In this document: positions 36,475 through 45,199 of the stretch, one piece after another
How positions within the stretch are numbered: position 1 is the stretch's first letter
Layout of the letters: every line of letters starts with the position of its first letter
Origin: an uncultured euryarchaeote
Lineage (GTDB): Archaea > Thermoplasmatota > Poseidoniia > Poseidoniales > Thalassarchaeaceae
Reading direction: 5' to 3'
DNA length: 64,000 nt
Assembly: GCA_937911265.1 (NCBI GenBank)
Contig: CALDRG010000063.1
Location: 5,862 to 69,861 of the forward strand
The notes under the pieces: generated by a model
The model's input: only the letters and a program-made list of their open reading frames with translations
The model's database searches: none
What the model was told of the DNA's origin: nothing
Program-made: the position numbers and the translations under genes

Positions 36475-38666
36475 ATTGCTCTCGCCATTCTGCCGATGAG
36501 TTCTGTTGCTGCTGCACTGCACTCAGCCATCCTGAACCTGCCTACGGCCTCATTCCAGTGTGACAATCTGCGTTCGGGTTCGAGGACGCCGCGCCAGTAC
36601 CAGCGCTGGGCGCACAGACGGCGGTGCATTGCGAGGTCCTCACGTAGCGGCATGGCGGCAACTGAGGCGTGGGCCTCAACAAGCCAGTCAGGGTGGCTGT
36701 CGGTAGACTCGAGAGTTGCGTGGATGAGGCGAATCCTCTCACTGAGGTCCTCACGCGACTCAATCAGCGACCTAGCTAAGCTGAGTGTCTCTGCTGAGGC
36801 GCTCCCACCGGTCCGCGAAGAGAGGCGCGCACGTAGGTCGAGCACTGCCATGCGAGGGTGTTCGGGACCCATAGCAGATTCAAGGGCGCTGTGCGCCTTC
36901 GCGGCTGCGGAGACATCGTCAATTTCGAGGGCGAGGCCGTGCCTGATGAGGTCGAGGGCGAGGCTGCCGGCGCTGCGCTCTGATTCCGGCAGTGAGGACA
37001 CGTCCACCGCATCTGCGGCTCTAGTCAGCTCTTGCGCTAGTCGGCGGTCGATGCGACCGGGCAACCGGTCGTCGTATCGACGCACTAGGGACGAGATGGC
37101 TGCCTTGGTGTGCTCGGCGGGAGTCATTTCGGCCATCGCACTAGCCTCAATGTCTTCCGCAGACCTCGGATCACCTCGGAGACGAGCCAGCCGAGCGGAG
37201 CGTAGTTTTCTGCCGACACCTACGCTCAGACCATCAATGTGGGACTCGGCTATCTCCGCCTCGCCACGCTCCAGAGCGAGATCGGCGGCGGCCTCCCTGA
37301 TGGACTCGTCCTCGCTTAAACTAACAGCCTGTTCGAGCAGGACCGCTGCTGCAGCGCTGTCCTGCTCGGCTATGGCTTGGATGTGCTCGGAAACCCATTC
37401 GGCGTCGGGCTCTCCAGAGTGAACCATGTGATGGCCCTCCATCCTGCGTGCTCTGGCTCCTTGTCTGGTGGCCCATCTGCCAGCCGCCTGCGCGTGCAGT
37501 GTATTGGACTGTTCATCTGACCAGGAGCCCCGACGGACATTGCGAATCAAGTGGTGGGGCTCGGCCATGACGCCGCTCCACCTCAGTATGGCGGAATCGT
37601 CGAGCTCGTTCGCACCCTCTCCCTCGAAGAGTTCACTGACCAGTAGCGACGAAGGGGAGATGCAGAACTCGTCCAGAGTCTCCGTGCCCTCGTCGCTGAG
37701 TCTGTGCATCACCGTGGACTCGACGTACTCCTGGACAGCCTTGCCGAGCTCTGGTACCTCTTCGCCAGGCAACCACAGGTGGAGAGCGAGTGGGTGGCCA
37801 CCTAGGGCCTCTGCGACGCTTCTAGCAGTAGCGCTGTCGGTGTCGCTCGGGAGCAGTGACCTAGCGTGCTTGAGAGCTAGTCCCTCGAGCTTGAACTCGG
37901 AGAAGCCCTCTGGAAGTCCGAAGGGGCTCGGGGATCTTGACACCGCAAGCACAGAAGAGCTCCCGGGTGATGCCTCGTCAAGCAATTCCGCCATACCTGT
38001 AGCGTGACGTGGATGCAGTTCCTGGGCCTCGTCGAGGACCAGTAGGGTCCTCGGACCGTCCGAAGCGCCAATGATGGCTGAAGAGGAGGAGGGTGCACCC
38101 TCGCCCAGCCACATCTTACCTACACCCGCTGCATCAGTATCGGAGCCACATGAGGCCCATCGCACGGTCCAGCCCATGCTCAGGACCTGCTCTGCGACGG
38201 CGCGGGCGAGACTGGATTTGCCGACACCGGGCAGACCACTCAGGAGCACGTTGGATCCGGCGAGTAGTGAGTCCGAGAGGCTGGTTGCATCTTCGTCCCT
38301 ACCGTGCAGGGAAATCTGCTCAGGCAGGGGGCCAAAGCTGCGTCCTCTGCGAGCCGGCGATGGCTCTTCGAGTTCTGTGATGACCTCGCGGCCAGTATCT
38401 GTAATGTGAACGACTGTGCGACGACGCGAGCCGCCGCCGGTGACGTGAGCTGAGCGGGTCGAGACGTAACCCTCAGCTTCGAGTGAGGAGAGTGGCGCGT
38501 GCAGGGCCGACCTGACTACTCCTAACGACTCTGCGAGACCGGGCAGAGACAACGCCCTAGGCACGTCCCATGCGGCCTCCAGCTCGCCTCCAAACTGCGC
38601 GAGGCGGGATAGGATTCGCGACTGCGCCTCGGAGAGCATGGCGCCTGAGCGAAGGCACGGGTTCAT
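36471..38666 (-). CDS. N-terminal winged-helix + STAND/AAA-type P-loop NTPase + C-terminal helical-repeat (TPR-like) protein; putative signal-sensing regulator
   Basis: wHTH (SRILSRLAQFGGELEAAWDVPRALSLPGLAESLGVVRSALHAPLSSLEAEGYV). Walker A LLSGLPGVGKSSLARA. Walker B LLVLDEAQELH. About 400 aa of Ala/Leu-rich helical repeats. Confidence 0.6.
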   Translation of the reverse strand: MNPCLRSGAMLSEAQSRILSRLAQFGGELEAAWDVPRALSLPGLAESLGVVRSALHAPLSSLEAEGYVSTRSAHVTGGGSRRRTVVHITDTGREVITELEEPSPARRGRSFGPLPEQISLHGRDEDATSLSDSLLAGSNVLLSGLPGVGKSSLARAVAEQVLSMGWTVRWASCGSDTDAAGVGKMWLGEGAPSSSSAIIGASDGPRTLLVLDEAQELHPRHATGMAELLDEASPGSSSVLAVSRSPSPFGLPEGFSEFKLEGLALKHARSLLPSDTDSATARSVAEALGGHPLALHLWLPGEEVPELGKAVQEYVESTVMHRLSDEGTETLDEFCISPSSLLVSELFEGEGANELDDSAILRWSGVMAEPHHLIRNVRRGSWSDEQSNTLHAQAAGRWATRQGARARRMEGHHMVHSGEPDAEWVSEHIQAIAEQDSAAAAVLLEQAVSLSEDESIREAAADLALERGEAEIAESHIDGLSVGVGRKLRSARLARLRGDPRSAEDIEASAMAEMTPAEHTKAAISSLVRRYDDRLPGRIDRRLAQELTRAADAVDVSSLPESERSAGSLALDLIRHGLALEIDDVSAAAKAHSALESAMGPEHPRMAVLDLRARLSSRTGGSASAETLSLARSLIESREDLSERIRLIHATLESTDSHPDWLVEAHASVAAMPLREDLAMHRRLCAQRWYWRGVLEPERRLSHWNEAVGRFRMAECSAAATELIGRMARAI

Positions 38667-38695
38667 GGGCGTTCACCTGCAGCGCATCAACCTAC

Positions 38696-40423
38696 ATGGC
38701 GCTCGACCCTACTGGTATTGACTTACCCCGCAAGCCCGGAGTCTACCTATTCCGGAGGGCTGACGAGCGGGTCACCTACGTCGGGAAAGCCACTGACCTA
38801 CGTTCTCGTGTCAAGTCGTACTTCGTACCCAATCCCGATCGGAAGATGGTCCCCCGACTGGTCGAGGACTCGGACCGCGTTGACTTCATTGTTACCAAGA
38901 GTCCGAGTGATGCTCTGATTCTCGAGAGGCAGCTGATTAGGGAACACAAACCTCGCTACAACTCGATGCTGAAGGACGACAAATCGTACCCCTTCATCGC
39001 TCTGACTGACCATGAGCATCCTCGCATCATCTACACACGGCATCCTCCCGAGGGCTCACTCCGATGGGGTCCTTTCGCCGATCCCGGCGCAGCCAAGCGA
39101 GTGATTCAGTTGCTGCGCCGCCACTTCGGCATCCGCGATTGTCCTGAGTTACTGCCGCAAGGTTGCCTAGCGATGCACATCGGGCTGTGCCACGGACCCT
39201 GTATCGATGCGAGGGGGTACGATGAGCGCATTACGGCTGCAATCGGTGTCCTTGACGGTGACGCAGGCGTCCTAATCGAGTCGCTCCAGAATGATATGGA
39301 TGCCCATTCGCTGGCACTGGACTACGAGGCGGCGGCTAGGGCGCGTGACCTAATCGGCTCGGTCCAGAGGACTGTCTCGCAGAGAGTAGTACACAGCAGG
39401 TTCTACCAGGATTGCGACGCCATTGGCTTCGCCTCCAGAGGAGATAACGGAATGGTTGTGGTCCTAAACGCGAAGGACGGCATCGTCCAAGGGCAACTCG
39501 AGTATCCGTTGATTCACAGGGGCGATATTGCCGATTCGGTCGCCTGTGTCCTCGCTGAGCACTACTCGAACACCAAACCTCCGCGCACTGTCCTCGTCCC
39601 TGCGCCTATCGGTGAGTCGATGAGGGCTTGGTTGGTCGAACGGCGCGATGGCGCCGTCGAGGTCAGAGTGCCGCAGCGCGGCGAACTGGCTCTACTGCGC
39701 AGGATGGCTGATCAGAACGCCGAGGTGCAGGTCGAACGCCACCAGAAGAGGCGTTCGGGCAGCCTCGAGCAGGCTGCCGCTGATGATGCAGCGAGACTAC
39801 TCGGAATCGATTCGCTTGACCATATCGTGTGCTTTGACATGGCCCAGTTGCAGGGTGACGAGCGCGTCGGAGCGTCGGTCGTACTGCGCAAAGGCAGACC
39901 GGCGAAAAAGGAGTATCGGACCTACCGAGTCAAGAGCGACGCACCGGACGACCTCAGGATGATGTCTGAGGTGGTTGAGCGATGGTTGAAGCGCCAAGAC
40001 GGCTGGCCCGATCTGCTGCTGCTAGACGGCGGCGAGACTCACCTGTCGAGCATCCTGAGAATGCTGGACGGCCACGGCCTAGCCGGGCGCTTCCCGGTGG
40101 CGGCACTGGCCAAGCGCGAGGAGACGCTACACATGGACGGCCGAGAGGCGCAGATTCTAAGCAAGCACGGTAGGGTTCTCGTCCATGCTCGCGATGAGGC
40201 ACACCGTTTCGTCAACCGCTACCACAGGAAGCGGCGTGGCAAGGGTGCGATAGGCGACCCTCTAGAGGAGATCGATGGACTTGGAGCGAAGAAGATCCAG
40301 GCCCTGCTCCGCCACTTTGGAGGCAGGCGCGGGATAGAACATGCGAGCGTCGGGGAGCTGTGCGAGGCCCCGGGAATAGGCAAGGCGATGGCTGAGCGGG
40401 TCCACGGGCACCTGAACGGCTAG
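38696..40423 (+). CDS. uvrC: Excinuclease ABC subunit C
   Basis: GIY-YIG (PGVYLFRRADERVTYVGKATDLRSRVKSYF), UvrBC interaction region, RNase H-like endonuclease domain and C-terminal HhH (GIGKAMAERV). Start moved to ATG 38696. Confidence 0.85.
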   Translation: MALDPTGIDLPRKPGVYLFRRADERVTYVGKATDLRSRVKSYFVPNPDRKMVPRLVEDSDRVDFIVTKSPSDALILERQLIREHKPRYNSMLKDDKSYPFIALTDHEHPRIIYTRHPPEGSLRWGPFADPGAAKRVIQLLRRHFGIRDCPELLPQGCLAMHIGLCHGPCIDARGYDERITAAIGVLDGDAGVLIESLQNDMDAHSLALDYEAAARARDLIGSVQRTVSQRVVHSRFYQDCDAIGFASRGDNGMVVVLNAKDGIVQGQLEYPLIHRGDIADSVACVLAEHYSNTKPPRTVLVPAPIGESMRAWLVERRDGAVEVRVPQRGELALLRRMADQNAEVQVERHQKRRSGSLEQAAADDAARLLGIDSLDHIVCFDMAQLQGDERVGASVVLRKGRPAKKEYRTYRVKSDAPDDLRMMSEVVERWLKRQDGWPDLLLLDGGETHLSSILRMLDGHGLAGRFPVAALAKREETLHMDGREAQILSKHGRVLVHARDEAHRFVNRYHRKRRGKGAIGDPLEEIDGLGAKKIQALLRHFGGRRGIEHASVGELCEAPGIGKAMAERVHGHLNG

Positions 40424-43400
40424 TCCTCCCACCAGCCTTCCTCGCCTTCCTTGGGCTTCCCTTCCGCCTCATCCTCCTCGAAGAACGCCTCATCGACGAC
40501 CACGATCTTGTCGTCCAACTTGCCGAACTCTGACTCCATGGCCAACTCAGTGATTTTCTGCTCCTCCGCTGAAGACTCCTCCTGCTTCTTCTCATTACGC
40601 TCCATCTTGAGTCTCCTGCGTCTACTAATCAGAAGCCCTAGGCCGACTAGAAGCACGAATAAGTACGGAGCGAGTTCCCCTAGAACAAACATCCAGCTGA
40701 CCTCAACAGAGTAAGACACGATGTCCAAATTCTTGCTGCACTGCGCCCAAGTCGTCGCTTCGGGGCACACCGGAGTCCTGTACACTACCACCTGCCTGCC
40801 GTCGACCTCGGTCAACTCTCCGAGGCCCATCTGGCTCTCAAAGCTGAGCAGCCTGACCGAATGCGGCAGGTGTATCTCCATCCTCGCAGAGGATCGGATG
40901 GTCCCGAACACGGTGTGCTCCATCAGCGGCGTCACTTCGAGAAAGAACTCCGCCCCCTCTACCTGAATCCCTGAATCAGTCAGTATCGGTGACCCAAAGG
41001 CAGCGGCCATCTGGTTGGCTATGATGAAGCCAATGGCCGCGGGCTGAGCCTTGATGTCTATGTCTTCGCCCCTCAGTGCGGCTGTTACGACGGTGCGCTC
41101 GATTTTGAAGCCGAAGCGGAGAGGGACGCTGTCACCGACCTCGGAGTTGCTCGGCATCGTGGTGTCGCCGAACCCCAATGAGGGGGACACAGGGATATTG
41201 AGGAGGTCGGCAGAGATGGTGTACGGGCCCATCCCGAAGTCCTGTACGGTCTCGAATGAGCCTTCGGCATCTATGACCTCGCCCGATCTCATTTCCAGCT
41301 CATCGCCCAGCATCTCCATCCCGAGATTGGATATTTCGACGTCTATTGGCTCTCCAACCCCGAGGTCCAATGTAGCCTCGAGGTCTGAGCCAGCGAGCAG
41401 TCCGCCCTGCAGGCGGTCTCCCATCACGATGGCGCGTCTCAGAATATCAGCAGGGACTGGGTGCAAGGTGATATCGTCCTCGCCCAAGTCGATGCCCAGT
41501 CGGTAAATTTCCAGCACCACCTCGGCATTGAACTGGACCTCAGCAGCGAACGAGGCCTCCCGGATTGCGAACTTCTCGATGTCAACCTCGATGTCGAGCG
41601 ATATGCAGGTCTTCTGGTTCGAGCCGCAAATCAGGTCTGGGCTGTCGTCCTCACAGGGGTCGGATTCGAGGCAGATGGGGTGCCTCCAGTCAAAGATCCT
41701 AGTTCCAGCGAAGCCGAAATCATGCTCCCCTCCTCCTGTTGTGGGGGCTGTGATGACGACTGTCGATGGATCGCCAATGGTCGACTCTATCCACTCCGGT
41801 AAGTGCAAGGTCAGGGTCAGTTCGGTGCTCGGCATGTCATCAGGGATTAGGTCCTGAAGCCATCCGGTGTCAGTGGAGAGTTCGAGTTCGACCACGTTCA
41901 TAATCGAGGCGAGGTCCTCGTCAGTGACCTTTGATAGGTCAATGGTGGTGATGTCTCCACCGCTGTTCTCAAGCATCCTCTCGACTACAGAAGAGACCCT
42001 CATCGGGGTCGACTGCGATGTGGTCTCGAGGACGACGGGCCATGATCCATCCATGGCGTCCTTGCCCTCAATGCAGTAACTGACTTCGAGTGCCTCCTCA
42101 CAGGTCACCCCTGGGATGTGCCGGAAGTCTAGCCCGCCTTCGGAGTCGGCTTGCGCGAACTGCGGGGCGCCAAACCAGATGTCGGCACCCAGAGCGTCGG
42201 AAAACGCCGAGGACAGTTGCTCAATGGGTATTCCCTGAAGAATCGCGGACAGATCCTCGTCGACCTCTTGGTCAAGCAGCCTAATGCCGTCGGAGGTCAC
42301 CCAAGGGATCTCGATGGTGCCGTCATGCAGGTCGGCGTTCCAGTCATCTAAAGTGCTGGAATCTAGGTAGTGAATCGATATCTCAAGGTCGAATCTCGAG
42401 TTCTGAGTGTCGGTGGCATCCACTATCAGGTCAATCTTCAGCGAGGGTTCTCTCAGGTCGATGCTTGCGGTCGGAGTGGTAATCGACCTGTGAACGAGCT
42501 CGGAAACAAGCCTGACCGAGTCGAGGGTCGCCTCGGTCACAGCTTGAGTGTTATCGACGGCTATGATGGAATATGTCTGAGGATGGCCGTCGCGGAATGT
42601 CGTCTTGATCGAACCGGGAGTTTCGACACTGCTCACATCGGCGTAACTGGGCGGTATCACCGAGAGTTCGACCGAATGGCCCATCGGTGAGGTGGTGTTG
42701 AACTCGGAGGTCAATACTGCTCCCATGGTCAACATGCCCTGCATCATTCGGTTGATGTCTGAGGTCTCCGGTTTCAGGCCGAAGGCGCTGGTGTCGACCT
42801 CTATCTGTAACACGGCCTCAAAACACAACGGTGGCTGGAACGGGTCGTTGTCAAAGCCGTTGACCTCATCTATCGAATCGTAATCAGAGTCGTAAATGCA
42901 GTTAGCGTCCGGCTGTGCCTTGAAATCGACCTCGGAGACAGTGGTTATGGTGGTGGTGTTGACATTGGGGAAGTTGATGTCGATGAACTCCTCCATTATC
43001 TCCTCAATCCTCTCCAGCATCAGATCAGCCACGGTGTCACCGCCGCCCCTGTCTAGGCTCTGGTAATTGCGGATGTAATCTGCAGGAATCCCGTCCCACG
43101 GGGCGCTGTCGCCCGCAAGGTCGAGGTCGCTGAGTTGCAAATCGTCTCTCGACATCTCGTGAACAGCGAGCCCGACCTTCATCTCGACCATCTCTGCGTC
43201 CTCGATACCTATCTCTACGGAACTCCGCATCCACTCCTGTCCGGGAGTCTGGTCCAGCGCCGAGTCGTAGTCGTCACAGACCCCGCTGGCGCTGTTCCAT
43301 GTCGCGCAAATGTCGTTCACGACATCGGGTTGCCCAGGAGGAGGGTCGGCTGCCGCAATAGGTGCCATCAGGAGCATGATGAGGAGTACGGCAGTACGCT

Positions 43401-43431
43401 GCACAGACGCAGGCATGAACATCAGAGCCAT
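40420..43431 (-). CDS. Large secreted, membrane-anchored protein of unknown function (about 1000 aa)
   Basis: Signal peptide MALMFMPASVQRTAVLLIMLLMAPIAAADPP. No recognisable catalytic motifs. C-terminal TM LAPYLFVLLVGLGLLISRRRR then a charged tail ending EGEEGWWED. Confidence 0.55.
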   Translation of the reverse strand: MALMFMPASVQRTAVLLIMLLMAPIAAADPPPGQPDVVNDICATWNSASGVCDDYDSALDQTPGQEWMRSSVEIGIEDAEMVEMKVGLAVHEMSRDDLQLSDLDLAGDSAPWDGIPADYIRNYQSLDRGGGDTVADLMLERIEEIMEEFIDINFPNVNTTTITTVSEVDFKAQPDANCIYDSDYDSIDEVNGFDNDPFQPPLCFEAVLQIEVDTSAFGLKPETSDINRMMQGMLTMGAVLTSEFNTTSPMGHSVELSVIPPSYADVSSVETPGSIKTTFRDGHPQTYSIIAVDNTQAVTEATLDSVRLVSELVHRSITTPTASIDLREPSLKIDLIVDATDTQNSRFDLEISIHYLDSSTLDDWNADLHDGTIEIPWVTSDGIRLLDQEVDEDLSAILQGIPIEQLSSAFSDALGADIWFGAPQFAQADSEGGLDFRHIPGVTCEEALEVSYCIEGKDAMDGSWPVVLETTSQSTPMRVSSVVERMLENSGGDITTIDLSKVTDEDLASIMNVVELELSTDTGWLQDLIPDDMPSTELTLTLHLPEWIESTIGDPSTVVITAPTTGGGEHDFGFAGTRIFDWRHPICLESDPCEDDSPDLICGSNQKTCISLDIEVDIEKFAIREASFAAEVQFNAEVVLEIYRLGIDLGEDDITLHPVPADILRRAIVMGDRLQGGLLAGSDLEATLDLGVGEPIDVEISNLGMEMLGDELEMRSGEVIDAEGSFETVQDFGMGPYTISADLLNIPVSPSLGFGDTTMPSNSEVGDSVPLRFGFKIERTVVTAALRGEDIDIKAQPAAIGFIIANQMAAAFGSPILTDSGIQVEGAEFFLEVTPLMEHTVFGTIRSSARMEIHLPHSVRLLSFESQMGLGELTEVDGRQVVVYRTPVCPEATTWAQCSKNLDIVSYSVEVSWMFVLGELAPYLFVLLVGLGLLISRRRRLKMERNEKKQEESSAEEQKITELAMESEFGKLDDKIVVVDEAFFEEDEAEGKPKEGEEGWWED

Positions 43432-43466
43432 AAGTCTGAATCCAAAATGCTTCGACCAGAGGTCAG

Positions 43467-44384
43467 ATGCACAGGGAAGATCCACACCGCCGTCTCGTTG
43501 AATCTGTCGGAGAGGTGTTGCGCGGGACTGGATTGAGGCATGAGGAGTGCATAGCACTCCTAGACCGGTTGCCGAACAAGTGGGAGAGGTTTTCCGATGT
43601 CGTTCTGCTGCAGGACTCGGCGTTCCAAGGAGAATGGGATTTGCATGCCTCGGAGGGGCTTTGGAGGGCGGTTGCCGAAGCGTTGAAGGTCAACAGATTG
43701 GCAAAACTCGGGGAGATCTCGGGCGAGATGCGCGAGAGCTCCGTCGAGATGTTACTCGGTGAGGACGACTGGGTCGTGCGCCGAGAGAGTGGGGTGGATT
43801 ACGGTTACAACCTCACCCAGTGCATGTTCTCAGCAGGCAACGTCAACGAGCGGCGTAGGATGGGCAAGGTGGCCGGCGCCGGAGAGGTCGTGGTCGACCT
43901 GTACGCAGGCATAGGCTACTACTCGCTGCCTATGCTGGTCCACTCACAGGTAGATCACATCCACTGCTGCGAGTGGAATCCGAACGCTGTGCGGGCGCTC
44001 GAGTCGAATCTCAAGAGCAACGGAGTGGAGGGACGCTGCACCGTTCACTTCGGTGACAATCGGGTCACTGCGGCAAATCTGGAAGGGGTTGCTGACCGTA
44101 TCATCCTCGGTTTGCTACCATCAGCTGAGGACGGGTACGCCCTCGCTATGGCCGCTCTCAAACCCGCCGGCGGCGTGCTACACGTGCACGGCGTGGCAGC
44201 ATCTGGAAATCACGTCGCTTGGGCCGCTGGTGTTACCGAGGCGCTGCGTGAGAGGGGAAAGGGATTCTCAGTAGATGCAGTCAAGGCGCTGAGGGTGAAG
44301 AGTTACGCGCCGCACTGGGACCACGTTGTGCTCGACGTCACGGTCTCGGCTGCTAGCCGTCGAACTCAAGTCGAGCGACCCTAG
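43467..44384 (+). CDS. Trm5/Taw2 (TYW2)-family class I SAM-dependent tRNA G37-modifying enzyme
   Basis: LPNKWERFSDVVLLQ N-terminal motif. VVVDLYAGIGYYSLPMLVH SAM-binding motif. NPNAV catalytic NPPY-like motif. Confidence 0.7.
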   Translation: MHREDPHRRLVESVGEVLRGTGLRHEECIALLDRLPNKWERFSDVVLLQDSAFQGEWDLHASEGLWRAVAEALKVNRLAKLGEISGEMRESSVEMLLGEDDWVVRRESGVDYGYNLTQCMFSAGNVNERRRMGKVAGAGEVVVDLYAGIGYYSLPMLVHSQVDHIHCCEWNPNAVRALESNLKSNGVEGRCTVHFGDNRVTAANLEGVADRIILGLLPSAEDGYALAMAALKPAGGVLHVHGVAASGNHVAWAAGVTEALRERGKGFSVDAVKALRVKSYAPHWDHVVLDVTVSAASRRTQVERP

Positions 44385-44393
44385 CCCGCAGGC

Positions 44394-45071
44394 ATGGCTG
44401 CCGATTGGCTACTAGAGGCCGCTGTCCAGTACAACGAGCAATCGTTGGAGGGCAGGGACGGTTATCCGGCTCATCTCCTGATGCCAGTAGATACTCTGTC
44501 GCAGATACTCGATTGGACCTTTCAGTCGTTGCCTGATGAGATTCTCGTGGGGATAGACGTGAATCCAGACCTGCCCCACTCGGAGGAAATTGAGAAGGCC
44601 TATTGCGGGGTTGATTTCGAAAGTGGTCTGTTCTCAGGACAAGGTTTCGCCCTAGGTGAGCCTCATTTAGTCAACCGTGGCGACTCGTATTCGGTCCACC
44701 ACGTCCCCGAGGAGTGGATGGACGGCCTGTTCGACAAGGAGAGGGGGGTTAGAGGAGGACGTTTCTCGCACTGGCTGCATACCCACCCCAACGCCCCAGC
44801 GATACCGAGCGGGGCCGACGCCGAGTCCGCCCAGTGGACCGAGGGGTGCGACATGATCCTCGGCGTTCGCTACTCGCCCGAGGGCATGCTGCCGTGGCTC
44901 GAGGGCATAGAGGGCGAGCGACGCGAGCTGACTCCCACCGACGACGGTCGTCCTGTCATCGGCAGGGCTGTGACGGGGCATTTTATCCACGGATTAGAGC
45001 TGATTGCATTCCACCGGAGGGGTTTTGCTGTGAATGTGGTCCTGACCGACGCTACAGGCCTTCCAATATAG
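44394..45071 (+). CDS. JAMM/MPN+ family zinc metalloprotease (225 aa)
   Basis: E-x-L-V-G-I-D early strand (PDEILVGIDV). Exact JAMM motif HWLHTHPNAPAIPSGAD (H-x-H-x7-S-x2-D). 10 nt downstream of the Trm5/Taw2-like gene on the same strand. Confidence 0.65.
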   Translation: MAADWLLEAAVQYNEQSLEGRDGYPAHLLMPVDTLSQILDWTFQSLPDEILVGIDVNPDLPHSEEIEKAYCGVDFESGLFSGQGFALGEPHLVNRGDSYSVHHVPEEWMDGLFDKERGVRGGRFSHWLHTHPNAPAIPSGADAESAQWTEGCDMILGVRYSPEGMLPWLEGIEGERRELTPTDDGRPVIGRAVTGHFIHGLELIAFHRRGFAVNVVLTDATGLPI

Positions 45072-45199
45072 CGACAATAAAATAGAATTAATCAATATAA
45101 TATCACGCAGTACGCTGTTTATATTTTCTTAATAATTAATAAAAAATAATGTTGTAATTACCCTAATAACAACAATGAATACCCCTAGGAAGGGTCGTT
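45072..45199. other. 128-bp extremely AT-rich (about 15-20 percent GC) spacer between convergent genes. Bidirectional T-tract terminator region and possible DNA-unwinding or insertion scar
   Basis: Sequence ...CAATAAAATAGAATTAATCAATATAATATCA...TTTATATTTTCTTAATAATTAATAAAAAATAATGTTGTAATTA... T-runs on both strands. Strongest compositional outlier in the window. Confidence 0.5.

Noticed and set aside
36496-37422. 308-aa plus-strand ORF antisense to the STAND ATPase gene (also 37468-38007 and 38071-38409)
   Set aside because: Ser/Arg/Ala-rich translation typical of the reverse strand of a GC-rich gene. No motifs. Fully nested in a well-supported CDS.
38570-38695. 42-aa N-terminal extension of the uvrC ORF
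   Set aside because: GIY-YIG domain begins right after the internal Met. The extension would overlap the divergent regulator start.
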